DNA of 64,000 nucleotides from Shigella phage ShigP1: the sequence record PQ818763; one strand, given 5' to 3'. This document shows, piece after piece, positions 17,930 through 28,662 of this stretch. Positions within the stretch are counted from its first letter, which is position 1, and every line of letters begins with the position of its first letter. The notes below the pieces were generated by a model, which was not told the DNA's origin, searched no databases, and was given only the letters and a program-made list of their open reading frames with translations. Both the position numbers and the translations under genes were made by a program.

Positions 17930-18403
17930 ATGTTTGGAGAAAACGGAGAACTCACGCCTGCACAGGTAGCTGAGATTACAGGAAGATTACCCGGAGTAAC
18001 GGAAGAACTCGAAAGCCGTGGTATGAACCCAAGCAATGGGAAGTTTCAAAAGGGAAATAAATTCGGACGACCCAGAGGTAGTAGAGGTAAACTGACACAA
18101 TTAATGTTGGACCGTGTTGCTGCAAGTCATTTGTCTCCTGATGAAGTGTTAATTCAAATTTACGAAGATCCTAATATTCCACCCGATCTTAGATTCAAGG
18201 CTGCATCAAAAGTTGCAGATCTGGTATATCCTAAGGCGGCCTCTGTTGAAGTTAAGATTGAGGAAGAGAATGTAATCAACGAAGAATCACTGAATGCACA
18301 AATCAAGGACTTCTTGACTGGAGCACTTGGTGTTGACGTTATGCCTCCAGAAGAAGATAACTCTGAGGACGCTGAAAAGGGGGAGGAAGCGGACGAGAGT
18401 TAA
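17930..18403 (+). CDS. putative terminase small subunit
   Basis: Immediately upstream of the large terminase; basic Gly-rich N-terminal segment KGNKFGRPRGSRGK typical of small-terminase DNA-binding regions; acidic C-terminus. Confidence 0.45.
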   Translation: MFGENGELTPAQVAEITGRLPGVTEELESRGMNPSNGKFQKGNKFGRPRGSRGKLTQLMLDRVAASHLSPDEVLIQIYEDPNIPPDLRFKAASKVADLVYPKAASVEVKIEEENVINEESLNAQIKDFLTGALGVDVMPPEEDNSEDAEKGEEADES

Positions 18404-18564
18404 GTAAAGGAAACAGGGAGCTGTCGAAGATCATCTGATTAATAATCTGAGGATTGTTATAGTTTTATTGCCACGATGTTCTTTTGCAGTGTACCCTTGT
18501 AGTGGAGAGGGGAGGTTCTTTGACGAAGGGACTTTCCCTTTTCTATTTTTAAACTGGAGGAAGT

Positions 18565-20106
18565 ATGTCATTAGATAAACAAATTTATGAAGCTCTAACT
18601 GGTAACAACCTTAGTGTAGAGGAAAAGAAAGCACTATTGAATATGTTGAAAGAGCGTGACCAATGGAGGAAGTATAATAAGATTTTGTCTTTCAAGGCGT
18701 ATGACTTCCAAAAGAAATTTTATGCAGCAGGATTGAAGCATCGCTTTAGATTCTTGTGTGCAGCGAACCGTGTTGGTAAATCTTATAGCGAGGCATACGA
18801 GTTTGCTTGTCATGTCACAGGTCGCTACCCAACTTGGTGGACAGGGTATAAATTTAAAAGACCTATCTTAGCATGGGCAGTTGGTATTACAGGGGATTCC
18901 ACAAGGAAAGTATTGCAAAAGGAGTTGTTTGGTACACCTATCGGAAAGGATACAAATTTATTAGGGACAGGTGTCATTCCTCGTGATGCTATCGTCATTG
19001 ACACGATAGAACGAGATGGTAACAAACTTCAAATCGTACAAATCAAACATCAAAACGAAAGAGGAGAGTTTGACGGTTTAAGTACATTAGAATTCCGTTC
19101 AACCCAACAGGGTGAACACACATTGATGGGTGCAACAGTTGACTACATTTGGTTAGACGAAGAAGATCCATACGAGTCTATGGCTATATTCGCACAGTGC
19201 GTCACACGTACACTCACAACTAAAGGTCTAGTTACAATTACAGCTACACCAGAGAACGGTTTAACTGAACTGGTAGATAAATTTATGAAAGGTGAAGGGG
19301 ATGAGAACACAGGTTCTCTATATTTCCAGAACGCTTCTTGGTGGGATGCTCATGCAGACCTAGGTGGACACATCACTGACCAAGATATAAAAGATATGAC
19401 TGAAGGTATTCCAGCGTGGCAGTTAGAGATGCGTTCGAAAGGTATGCCATTGTTAGGAAGTGGTTTGATTTATGATGTATCGGATGACACAATTAAATGT
19501 GAACCATTCGAAATTCCTGATACGTGGAAACGTGTCTGTGCAATTGATATTGGTATTGATCACCCAACTGCTGCTGTTTGGACAGCTTACGATGCAAACA
19601 CGGATACTATCTATGTTTACGACTCATATAAAGAAGGTGGCTTTACTCCAGTGTATCATGCTCCAGCTATTAATGGTCGTGGTCAGTGGATTCCTGTCAT
19701 CCTACCGCATGATGCGGACAATATTGAGAAAGGTAGTGGTTCATCTGTTGCTCAATTCTATAAGAATGCAGGAGTTAACGTACAGAGTGAGACCTTCTAC
19801 AACAAAATTGGAATGGATGGTAAAAAGAACTTCTTTGTAGAACCCGGAATCACAGATATCCGAGAAAGAATGATGAGTGGACGCTTTAAAATCTTTAACA
19901 CAGCTGCTAACGCTAAGCTATTCGAAGAGAAAGCTAGATATCACCGTAAGGTTGGTAAGATTATTAAAGAACATGATGACTTAATGGATGCAATGCGCTA
20001 TTCAGCGTGCTCTGTTACACATCGTGGTCGCTCTAAACATGACGTTAGCTACGGAAGTGCTTCTCTGTATGAGGCAAACGTAAGCAGATGGAATCAGAGT
20101 TACTAA
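18565..20106 (+). CDS. terminase large subunit
   Basis: Walker A-like CAANRVGKS, Walker B-like DYIWLDEED, nuclease-domain acidic motifs (AIDIGIDHP, LPHDAD); 513 aa. Confidence 0.8.
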   Translation: MSLDKQIYEALTGNNLSVEEKKALLNMLKERDQWRKYNKILSFKAYDFQKKFYAAGLKHRFRFLCAANRVGKSYSEAYEFACHVTGRYPTWWTGYKFKRPILAWAVGITGDSTRKVLQKELFGTPIGKDTNLLGTGVIPRDAIVIDTIERDGNKLQIVQIKHQNERGEFDGLSTLEFRSTQQGEHTLMGATVDYIWLDEEDPYESMAIFAQCVTRTLTTKGLVTITATPENGLTELVDKFMKGEGDENTGSLYFQNASWWDAHADLGGHITDQDIKDMTEGIPAWQLEMRSKGMPLLGSGLIYDVSDDTIKCEPFEIPDTWKRVCAIDIGIDHPTAAVWTAYDANTDTIYVYDSYKEGGFTPVYHAPAINGRGQWIPVILPHDADNIEKGSGSSVAQFYKNAGVNVQSETFYNKIGMDGKKNFFVEPGITDIRERMMSGRFKIFNTAANAKLFEEKARYHRKVGKIIKEHDDLMDAMRYSACSVTHRGRSKHDVSYGSASLYEANVSRWNQSY

Positions 20107-20167
20107 AGTAAGGGGGAGGTTTGTCCTCCCTTCTTTTATTTAAGCTATCAACCGAGGGAGAGAATCG

Positions 20168-22411
20168 ATGGCTAAGCAAAAATATAGTGAAGAGGTGTTG
20201 GACGAGTTACGTGTTGACCTTCAACGTCGTTTTAATTATGCTCAAGGCTACGTGGACATGGCTGTTAAGGGCTATGCTCGTGAAGCTTGGGAATATTTCT
20301 ATGGTAACTTACCTGCACCAGTAACTGCTGGCAGCTCTAGTTGGGTAGATCGTACTGTTTGGGAATCTGTTAACGGTACATTGCAAGATATTATTAACGT
20401 ATTCTGTTCTGGTGATGAAGCAGTTACTTTCGTAGCTGACAACCAACAGGATTCTGATGCTGCTGACGTAGCAACTAAATTAGTTAACCAAATTCTTCTG
20501 CGTGATAATCCGGGATACAATATTATCTCTTCTGCTGCACAAGAATGTCTGGTTACTCGTAACTCTTTTATCAAGTATTATTGGGATGAACAAACTTCTA
20601 CTCAAACTGAAGAAGCTGAAGGTGTACCACCGGAAGCATTGGCTGCATATGTTCAGGGATTAGAAGCTGGTGGACTCAAGAATCTGGAAATCTTCACTGA
20701 AGAAAATGAAGATGGTACAGTAGATGTTAAAGTTACTTACGAACAAACCGTTAAACGTGTGAAAGTTGAATATGTTCCTTCAGAGCAAATCTTTGTTGAC
20801 GAACATGCTACCTCTTTTGCAGATGCACAATACTTCTGTCATCGTGTACGTCGTTCTAAAGAAGATCTGGTTGCTATGGGATTCCCTAAAGATGAGATTG
20901 AAGCATTTAACGACTGGACAGATACAATGGATACCACTCAATCTACAGTTGCTTGGTCTCGTACTGACTGGCGTCAGGATATTGATGCTGATATTGGTAC
21001 AGATACCGAAGATATCGCTTCTATGGTTTGGGTTTATGAGCACTATATTCGTACTGGTGTTCTAGATAAGAATAAAGAGTCTAAACTCTATCAGGTTATT
21101 CAAGCTGGTGAGCATATCCTTCACACTGAAGAAGTAACTCACATTCCGTTTGTAACCTTCTGCCCGTATCCGATTCCGGGTTCCTTCTATGGTCAATCGG
21201 TCTATGACATTACGAAAGATATTCAAGATTTACGTACCGCGTTAGTTCGTGGTTATATTGATAACGTCAACAATGCTAACTATGGTCGATACAAGGCTCT
21301 TGTTGGTGCATACGACCGTCGCTCTCTGCTTGATAACCGTCCCGGTGGAGTGGTTGAAATGGAACGTCAGGACGCTATTGACCTGTTCCCATACCATAAC
21401 CTACCTCAAGGTATTGACGGCCTCCTAGGCATGTCTGAGGAGCTTAAAGAGACACGTACAGGTGTAACCAAACTAGGCATGGGTATCAACCCTGATGTGT
21501 TTAAGAATGATAACGCTTATGCAACCGTAGGCTTGATGATGAATGCTGCACAGAACCGTCTCCGTATGGTATGTCGTAACATTGCTCACAATGGTATGGT
21601 TGAATTGATGCGTGGTATTTACAACCTTATCAGAGAAAATGGTGAAGTTCCTATCGAGGTACAAACCCCTCGTGGTATGATTCAGGTAAATCCAAAACAA
21701 TTACCAGCTCGTCACAATCTTCAAGTTGTTGTAGCTATCTCTCCTAACGAGAAAGCAGAACGTGCACAGAAACTGATTAGCTTGAAACAGCTGATTGCAG
21801 CAGATGCACAGTTAGCACCTCTCTTTGGTTTGGAGCAAGACCGTTACATGACTGCACAGATCTTTGAGTTGATGGGTATTAAAGATACTCATAAATATCT
21901 TCTGCCTCTGGAACAGTATCAGCCTCCAGAACCTTCTCCGATGGAAATCCTCCAGCTCGAGATGACTAAAGCACAGGTTGAGAACGTACAGGCTTCTTCT
22001 CAGAAGATGATTGCTGATGCATTCGACCAACGTGAACGTACTACATTCGAACAGCAGAAAGCTGCGGATGAATTAAGTCTACGTCAGGAAGAGTTGCAAT
22101 TCAAGCAAGAAAATGCAGCAGATGCAATGACTCTGGAAAACCGTAAAGAAGATAACAATGCTACTCTGGAACAAGCTAAGCACAAGTTAGCTCTTATGCA
22201 ACAGCAGGTCCGTCAGTATGAATCTGTACTGAAAGAATTGCAGATGGTTATGTCTCATCAGGTAGACCAAGAGAAGATTGTTCAGCAAGCTCGTGTTCAG
22301 GATAAAACTTTGGAACTCCAAAAGAAAGAAGCTAATGTAACTAAGAAAGAGCAACAAGCTTCTCTCAAAGATTCACGGATTCCAGGCAAACGTCTTGGAA
22401 GTAAAAACTAA
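20168..22411 (+). CDS. portal protein
   Basis: 747 aa ORF directly after the terminase; position and size; C-terminal coiled coil. Confidence 0.65.
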   Translation: MAKQKYSEEVLDELRVDLQRRFNYAQGYVDMAVKGYAREAWEYFYGNLPAPVTAGSSSWVDRTVWESVNGTLQDIINVFCSGDEAVTFVADNQQDSDAADVATKLVNQILLRDNPGYNIISSAAQECLVTRNSFIKYYWDEQTSTQTEEAEGVPPEALAAYVQGLEAGGLKNLEIFTEENEDGTVDVKVTYEQTVKRVKVEYVPSEQIFVDEHATSFADAQYFCHRVRRSKEDLVAMGFPKDEIEAFNDWTDTMDTTQSTVAWSRTDWRQDIDADIGTDTEDIASMVWVYEHYIRTGVLDKNKESKLYQVIQAGEHILHTEEVTHIPFVTFCPYPIPGSFYGQSVYDITKDIQDLRTALVRGYIDNVNNANYGRYKALVGAYDRRSLLDNRPGGVVEMERQDAIDLFPYHNLPQGIDGLLGMSEELKETRTGVTKLGMGINPDVFKNDNAYATVGLMMNAAQNRLRMVCRNIAHNGMVELMRGIYNLIRENGEVPIEVQTPRGMIQVNPKQLPARHNLQVVVAISPNEKAERAQKLISLKQLIAADAQLAPLFGLEQDRYMTAQIFELMGIKDTHKYLLPLEQYQPPEPSPMEILQLEMTKAQVENVQASSQKMIADAFDQRERTTFEQQKAADELSLRQEELQFKQENAADAMTLENRKEDNNATLEQAKHKLALMQQQVRQYESVLKELQMVMSHQVDQEKIVQQARVQDKTLELQKKEANVTKKEQQASLKDSRIPGKRLGSKN

Positions 22412-22420
22412 GGACGTCGA

Positions 22421-22657
22421 ATGAACATTAGACATCAATTTAATAAAGAGCACGCCGCCGCTTTGGCGGCTCTCAACCTTAACGGCAGTCTTGACGCAGC
22501 ATTAGAGGCATTGAAAGAAAGACTCATGACAGAGATAGTTCAAACAGAACCTCATGAGAATAAGAAACGCGAAGATTGTTATCAAAAGTATAAAATGGTT
22601 GGTAGCTTAAAAGAGGTCATAAAAGCTGCTATCAATAGTGCAGGAGATGTTTCATAA
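22421..22657 (+). CDS. hypothetical protein (78 aa)
   Basis: ORF track only. Confidence 0.4.
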   Translation: MNIRHQFNKEHAAALAALNLNGSLDAALEALKERLMTEIVQTEPHENKKREDCYQKYKMVGSLKEVIKAAINSAGDVS

Positions 22658-23733
22658 TGCCACAAGATAATTATATTGACCCGAACGATTTTAAATCTTT
22701 CCTCCAACTGGATGACCTGAAAGGTTCTTTCAAAGAAGAACTCGGTCGATTAGAATCTGAACAAGAACCAGAAGTGGACATTGACGATGAGTTCCCGGAA
22801 AAAGACGGTGACGATTTCGACTTTGATACCGACCTTCTCGGTGAAAGCGATGAGCTTAAGTTCGAAGATGAAGATGGTTGGGAAGATCGTGAAGAGGAAG
22901 GCGAAGTCGAAGAAGATGAAGACGAATCCTCTGAAGCAGAAGAACAAGAGGAAGAAGATTCAAGCGATGCAGAGTATGAAGATGATTCTGCTGACGGTGA
23001 AGGTGAAGTCTTTGATGTAGACTACGAAACCGTTATCACCCTTCCTGATGGACGTGAGATGACTATTGAAGAACTTTCTAATGGCTATCTTACTGGTGCT
23101 GATATGACAGAACGAGAATCAACTCTTCAGCGTCATATGGAAGCATTCGAGGAACGTGTAGTAGGTTTGAAGGATGTATTAGAACTAGCGTCTTTAGAAG
23201 CAGACCGAGTAATTGAAGATTATAACGGTTTTGATTGGGACAAGCTTGCAGTAGAAGATCCTCAAGCATATGTTGAAAACAAACGTTTCCTAGAGAAGTA
23301 CACAGCTCGCCGTCAACAGCTTGAACAGGCTCAGGTCCGTATTAAGCAGGAAGCAGCAGCTAAAGAGCAGGAAGCTTTCCAAGCCAAGAGTATTGAATGT
23401 GTTAATATTCTGAAACGCGAGATTCCAAATTGGGATGAAAACTTATATCAAAACTTAATGCAATACGCAATTGACTTAGGTGCTACTGAAGAAGAAGTAT
23501 TGAAGGAAAACCGTCCGTCTATTTTCCTAGCTCTCCATAAAGCATACCAATTTGATAAAGGTAAGCAACAGGTGATGGCTAAGATTAAACGTCCCGGTGC
23601 TCCACGCAAGGTTGTGAAGTCTGATGCTGCAAAGTCTCGCACTTCCAATAAGCCCGACAACGCTAAGGTTGCCAAGGCATTCGCAGAGGGTCGCGTTAGT
23701 CACGAAGACGCATTCAAATTCCTCGTAGATTAA
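22657..23733 (+). CDS. putative scaffolding protein
   Basis: Very acidic low-complexity N-terminal half, helical C-terminal half; sits between portal and capsid genes. Confidence 0.55.
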   Translation: MPQDNYIDPNDFKSFLQLDDLKGSFKEELGRLESEQEPEVDIDDEFPEKDGDDFDFDTDLLGESDELKFEDEDGWEDREEEGEVEEDEDESSEAEEQEEEDSSDAEYEDDSADGEGEVFDVDYETVITLPDGREMTIEELSNGYLTGADMTERESTLQRHMEAFEERVVGLKDVLELASLEADRVIEDYNGFDWDKLAVEDPQAYVENKRFLEKYTARRQQLEQAQVRIKQEAAAKEQEAFQAKSIECVNILKREIPNWDENLYQNLMQYAIDLGATEEEVLKENRPSIFLALHKAYQFDKGKQQVMAKIKRPGAPRKVVKSDAAKSRTSNKPDNAKVAKAFAEGRVSHEDAFKFLVD

Positions 23734-23773
23734 TCGACAAATTAATTATTAATAGTATAGGAGCTAACATAAC

Positions 23774-24832
23774 ATGGCTAATCCAACTTTATTTGTATCG
23801 TATGACCAGAATGGTAAAAAACTTTCTTTTGCTAACTGGATTTCTGTTCTGTCCCCTCAGGATACCCCGTTCGTATCTATGACCGGTAAAGAGTCTATCA
23901 ACCAGACTATCTTTAGCTGGCAGACCGATGCACTGGCAAGCGTTGACGGTAATAACGCACACGTCGAAGGCTCTCGTGCTGAAGACGGTGAAATGAAACC
24001 GACTGTTATCAAATCTAACGTTACTCAGATTCTGCGTAAGGTTGTTCGTGTTTCTGATACTGCTAACACCACCGCTAACTACGGTCGTGGTCGTGAACTG
24101 ATGTATCAGCTGGAGAAGAAAGGTAAAGAGATCAAGCGTGACCTCGAGAAAATCCTTCTGTCCGGTCAGGCTCGTACCGACGTTCTGGCTGACCAGTATC
24201 TGACTAACTCTGCAACTGATCCTGCTGTTGTTGGTCTGAATGACACCCATGCAGCTCGTAAGACTGGTGCATTCCAGTTCCTGTGTGCTCACGGTGGTCT
24301 GGCTGGTGGCGTTGTTGACAAGACCAAGAATGGTCCTGCTGACCCGGATACTGGTGCAGTGACTGTTAAAGTTGCACAGAATGCTTCTAACCCGACCACT
24401 AACATTGGTTTCGACGAAGCTGATATCTTTGATATGACTCTGCAACTGTATACCGCTGGTTCTGAAGCAGATATCATCATGATTAACCCGGCTCATGCTA
24501 AGATCTTCGCTGGTCTGCAAGAAAATACTCAGGGTTCACGTAAGCGTATCTTTGAGAACACCAAGCAGTTCATCTACGAAGTTAATAGCATCACTGACCC
24601 GCTGGGCCAGAGCTACAAAATCATCGTTAACCGTTGGATGCCTACCGATGCAGTTTACTTCTTCCGTAGCGCTGACTGGACTCAGATGGTTCTGCGTGCT
24701 CCGAAACGTACTGAACTAGCAAAAGATGGTTCTTACGAGAAGTGGATGATTGAAATGGAAGTTGGTCTGCGTCACCGCAACCCGTATGCTTCCGGCGTCC
24801 TGTTCACTGCTGCGGGAAAGGTGGCGGCGTAA
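23774..24832 (+). CDS. major capsid protein
   Basis: 352 aa after the scaffold gene; followed by a frameshift site, an Ig-like ORF and a strong terminator. Confidence 0.65.
   Translation: MANPTLFVSYDQNGKKLSFANWISVLSPQDTPFVSMTGKESINQTIFSWQTDALASVDGNNAHVEGSRAEDGEMKPTVIKSNVTQILRKVVRVSDTANTTANYGRGRELMYQLEKKGKEIKRDLEKILLSGQARTDVLADQYLTNSATDPAVVGLNDTHAARKTGAFQFLCAHGGLAGGVVDKTKNGPADPDTGAVTVKVAQNASNPTTNIGFDEADIFDMTLQLYTAGSEADIIMINPAHAKIFAGLQENTQGSRKRIFENTKQFIYEVNSITDPLGQSYKIIVNRWMPTDAVYFFRSADWTQMVLRAPKRTELAKDGSYEKWMIEMEVGLRHRNPYASGVLFTAAGKVAA
24814..24820 (+). other. candidate programmed -1 ribosomal frameshift site (slippery heptamer G GGA AAG)
   Basis: X XXY YYZ heptamer in the capsid frame, 10 nt before its stop; the -1 frame is open from 24754 and continues into ORF 24844-25356. 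Confidence 0.55.
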
Positions 24833-24843
24833 CAGTAGACAGT

Positions 24844-25356
24844 GTGACTGTTAGCCCTGCGTCTTTAGCAAGTCTAGAGACAGGGGCTACTCGGCAGTTC
24901 ACTGCAAGCGCGGAGAAAAGTGATGGTTCTACCGAAACAACTGGCTTTACTTGGTCAGTGACAGGGGGTGGTTCTATCACTCAGTCGGGTTTGTATACTG
25001 CTCCGAGTGCGTCTCAATCCACTGATGTATCCATTACTGCAACTTTAGAAGGTGTTTCTGGTACAGCAACCATTTCTGAAATTGTTGCTCCTGCTCCTAC
25101 TATTGTAGCTAAGGGTCCAATTACGGGTAAAACTGGTGGTTCCTCCACTAATTTCACTACCATGTTTACTGTAACTAACTCTGCTGCTGCGGATTACACG
25201 TTTGTTGTAACTCCTACAGAAGCCGGTACAGTAAGCGCCGCTGGTGCGTTAACCTTAGATGCTGCTGCAAGTGGCGAAGTTACTGTTCAAGCAAGTTTGA
25301 CAGCTGACCCGTCCATCAATGCAACATGCACTTTTACTGGTGTAACACCTACTTAA
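24844..25356 (+). CDS. Ig-like (Big_2-type) domain, probably made as a C-terminal extension of the capsid protein
   Basis: Ser/Thr/Gly-rich beta-strand pattern VTVSPASLASLETGATRQFTA...FTWSVTGGGSITQSGLYTA; no ATG or ribosome-binding site of its own (track start is GTG); -1 frame relative to the capsid gene. Confidence 0.55.
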   Translation: MTVSPASLASLETGATRQFTASAEKSDGSTETTGFTWSVTGGGSITQSGLYTAPSASQSTDVSITATLEGVSGTATISEIVAPAPTIVAKGPITGKTGGSSTNFTTMFTVTNSAAADYTFVVTPTEAGTVSAAGALTLDAAASGEVTVQASLTADPSINATCTFTGVTPT

Positions 25357-25363
25357 AACTAGA

Positions 25364-25388
25364 CCCTGCCTTCGGGCGGGGTTTTTTC
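25364..25388 (+). terminator. rho-independent terminator
   Basis: CCCTGCC-TTCG-GGCGGGG followed by TTTTTTCG. Confidence 0.7.
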
Positions 25389-25457
25389 GTTTTAAGACCT
25401 ATACAAGCTAGTGTGTAATGTATATTCTTTGTCTACATATAACAAGGAGGACAACCT

Positions 25458-26210
25458 ATGGCAATGCCAGATGTTCAATACCCCATCAATACCTATGGGT
25501 GGCTAAAGAAGGCCGTGGCCCTCTGGGCAGATAGGGACGATGACGAATTTGTTAATCAAATTCCAAACTTTATTAACTTTGCAGAGAAAGAGATTTATCG
25601 TAACTTACGTATTCCTCCTCTGGAAAAAGAAGTGTATTTAGATATTAAAGATGGAGTAGCTTATATTCCTCCTGATTACCTAGAAGCTCAATGGATGATG
25701 AGAGCCAAAGATGGTACAATCTTCCAAGTAACATCTCCTGAAGAGATTAGCTATCGTAGACAGCATGGAACAATTAACCCATCTCACTGGAATAACCAAC
25801 CTGTCAACTTTGCTCGTTTCGGTAGTCGTTTCATTTTCTACCCTAGCATCGAAGCAGATACTCCGTACTACCCTGATGATGGAAGCCCTTTGATTCCAGC
25901 AGAAAACTCAGTGATTCTTAGCTATTATGCAGACCCACCGGAATTCCATGAAGATACAGATACTAGTACTATTCTTACTATAGCACCAGAACTTCTTCTG
26001 TACTTCACCCTACGTCATGCTTGTCTCTTTGTTCAAGATGATAATGGTGTTCAGAAATGGTCAGCATTAGGAAAAGCTATCCTTGATGAAATGGTAGAAC
26101 AGAATAAGAAACAAGAGTACTCAGGTTCACCTATCGCAATTCCGAATAACATGACTCGACTTCAGAGCAGCCTGCCTGATATTTATGGTATTCGTACTTC
26201 TCGTGTATAA
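25458..26210 (+). CDS. virion structural protein (possible head-tail adaptor)
   Basis: Position in the structural operon only. Confidence 0.4.
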   Translation: MAMPDVQYPINTYGWLKKAVALWADRDDDEFVNQIPNFINFAEKEIYRNLRIPPLEKEVYLDIKDGVAYIPPDYLEAQWMMRAKDGTIFQVTSPEEISYRRQHGTINPSHWNNQPVNFARFGSRFIFYPSIEADTPYYPDDGSPLIPAENSVILSYYADPPEFHEDTDTSTILTIAPELLLYFTLRHACLFVQDDNGVQKWSALGKAILDEMVEQNKKQEYSGSPIAIPNNMTRLQSSLPDIYGIRTSRV

Positions 26211-26219
26211 GGAGATAAT

Positions 26220-28622
26220 ATGATCGTTTATAATAACCAAGCACCTGATGCAGTGAATAACGTTGGGCAGTTTGGTGCTACTGAAGGCTCTATCGGGGCT
26301 TATAAGCAAGCAGCAGAATATGCAGCTGACTCCAAATATTGGGCACTGTTAGCAGAATCTAAGTTTGGTACAATTGATGATTTAATCGCTGAAGTAGAAC
26401 GTCTATATCAACAGGGTGTTCTGATGAAGCAGGATATTGAAGATCTTAAGCAGGATTTTAAGGATCAAGATGCTCGTTTGATGACTCTGATTGCCCAAAC
26501 CAACGCAGCAGTATCGGATGCTAATAATGCCGTTGCTCTCATTAACCAAAAACTTATTGAAGTCCAGAATCAGCTTGATGTTCTGTTAGGAATGTCTGTT
26601 GATGTAACAACTCTCCCTCCGGGAACTCCGGCTACTGGCTCTTTTAATCCTAACACTGGTGTAATCTCTTTAGGTATTCCAGAAGGTGATCCCGGAAAAG
26701 ATGGTTCTGTTAAGGATTTGGATACAGCACCTACAGGTGTTCCAGAGCTAGGTGATTTAGGTTTCTATGTTGACAAAGATGACAATACCGTCCACAAAAC
26801 TACTCTAGATAACATTGCTAATTTAATCCCATCTGTTCGTTCTGTCTCTATTAACGGCGGTCCAGCTCTTGATGGAGAGGTTGCTCTAACACTTAACAAA
26901 GAGACGGTAGGTTTAGGGAATGTTCTGAACGTTGCTCAGTACAGTCGTCAAGAGATTAATGACAAGTTTGATAAAACCACCAAGACATATCAATCTAAAG
27001 CAGAAGCTGATGCTGACGCTCAGTATCGCCAAGTTGGTGAGAAGGTCTTAGTTTGGGCAGCTACTAAGTATGAATTTTATACTGTTGCTGCTAACAAAAC
27101 ATTAACTCCTGTTAAAACTGAAGGTAGAATTCTTACTGTTAATTCCCGTTCTCCAGACTCCAGTGGTAATATTGACATTACCATTCCAACAGGAAACCCT
27201 TCTCTATATCTTGGTGAGATGGTAATGTTCCCTTATGACCCAACGAAGAATATCTCCTATCCGGGCGTTCTTCCAGCCGATGGTCGTCTAGTGTCTAAAG
27301 AGTCTGCTTCAGATTTAGGCCCATCCCTTGTCAGTGGACAACTTCCTGTTGTTTCTGAAACTGAATGGCAAGCAGGGGCTAAACAATACTTCTCTTGGGG
27401 TAAATTGGCAGATGGTATTACCGATGCAGATTCTACTAATTTTATCAACATTCGACTTCCTGATTGGACTGGAGGGGAGGCAATAAGAGCACCAGATTCT
27501 GATAAAGACTCTCAGTACAATGGGTCTGTACAGGCTCAGAAACCTTATGTTGTTACTGTAAATAACCAAGCTCCTGATGAGATTACTGGTAATGTGAACA
27601 TCTCCAGATCAATTTTAGGTGCTGCCGCTTCTGGTACAAACTCTGATATAACATCCCTCACGGGACTCACTACAGCACTGTCTGTCACACAAGGAGGCAC
27701 TGGAGCTAAAGACGCTGCTAGTGCTCGTTCTAATCTAGGTCTNNNNNNNNNNNNNNNNNNNNNNNNNNNNNNNNNNNNNNNNNNNNNNNNNNNNNNNNNN
27801 NNNNNNNNNNNNNNNNNNNNNNNNNNNNNNNNNNNNNNTGCTGCTAGTGCTCGTTCTAATCTAGGGTTGGGAAGTGTTTCCACTCTGGATAATGTACCTA
27901 TTGCTAATGGTGGGACAGGGGCTGGAGATGCTGCTGGTGCAAGGTTCAATATTGGAGCGCTAAGTAACACCCCAGCAAATTCAGGCGTAGGTGGTACTGG
28001 GGATCGTGTCCAACATGCCTCCGGGAACGGCCTGTTTACTTTAGACTTGTTTAACTGCTACTGGTATATGCAGCCAGAGGATACTAACTTCTGGATTGCC
28101 CACGGTGTGTCATATGCAGGGTCTGGTGGCGAAGCCTCACAATACGGTCGCATATCTTACGCAATAAAGATTGCAGACGGAACAATAAAATATGTCCATT
28201 GTCTTACAAACAAAAACACCACTGTTGATGTAAACGGATTTATCAAAGCGGCATCTCCGGTAGTTCATATTTACTCCGACGGTCGATATGAGACGAACGA
28301 GGAATCTGAGGGGGTTAATGTCATTCGGCAAGGTGTTGGTGAGTACTTGATTACCGGTTGCCTTGGCTTAAACGCAGATGCAAAATGGGGAGGCATTGAC
28401 GGCGGCTTTGAAATCCCTACTGACCGCAACAAACAACCTAGGGTTTGGCTGGACTATGAGATTAAAGAAGATGGTTCTATTTTAGTTAAAACCCATCACA
28501 GAACCCATCCAACCTCTCCGGTTTTTGCTAGAAATGAGATAGAAGGTTTTTCTGACGGTGATCCTATTGATATCCCGAGTGATGCTTTTATTTCAGTTCG
28601 TGTTGAAATGCCTTCTGAGTAA
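26220..28622 (+). CDS. tail fibre or tail spike protein, contains assembly gap
   Basis: 800 aa; repeated motif AASARSNLG either side of N-run 27743-27838; Gly-rich repeats GGTGA...AAGARFNIG. Confidence 0.55.
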   Translation: MIVYNNQAPDAVNNVGQFGATEGSIGAYKQAAEYAADSKYWALLAESKFGTIDDLIAEVERLYQQGVLMKQDIEDLKQDFKDQDARLMTLIAQTNAAVSDANNAVALINQKLIEVQNQLDVLLGMSVDVTTLPPGTPATGSFNPNTGVISLGIPEGDPGKDGSVKDLDTAPTGVPELGDLGFYVDKDDNTVHKTTLDNIANLIPSVRSVSINGGPALDGEVALTLNKETVGLGNVLNVAQYSRQEINDKFDKTTKTYQSKAEADADAQYRQVGEKVLVWAATKYEFYTVAANKTLTPVKTEGRILTVNSRSPDSSGNIDITIPTGNPSLYLGEMVMFPYDPTKNISYPGVLPADGRLVSKESASDLGPSLVSGQLPVVSETEWQAGAKQYFSWGKLADGITDADSTNFINIRLPDWTGGEAIRAPDSDKDSQYNGSVQAQKPYVVTVNNQAPDEITGNVNISRSILGAAASGTNSDITSLTGLTTALSVTQGGTGAKDAASARSNLGXXXXXXXXXXXXXXXXXXXXXXXXXXXXXXXXXAASARSNLGLGSVSTLDNVPIANGGTGAGDAAGARFNIGALSNTPANSGVGGTGDRVQHASGNGLFTLDLFNCYWYMQPEDTNFWIAHGVSYAGSGGEASQYGRISYAIKIADGTIKYVHCLTNKNTTVDVNGFIKAASPVVHIYSDGRYETNEESEGVNVIRQGVGEYLITGCLGLNADAKWGGIDGGFEIPTDRNKQPRVWLDYEIKEDGSILVKTHHRTHPTSPVFARNEIEGFSDGDPIDIPSDAFISVRVEMPSE

Positions 28623-28662
28623 TTTAACAATGCTCCCTTCGGGGGGCTTTAAGGAGATTTAA

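Noticed and set aside
23789-24520. 243-aa minus-strand ORF antisense to the major capsid gene, and similar antisense or alternative-frame ORFs inside the terminase, portal, tail and large virion protein genes
   Set aside because: They lie entirely within well-supported genes on the other strand or frame, have low-complexity translations and no translation signals; typical shadow ORFs.
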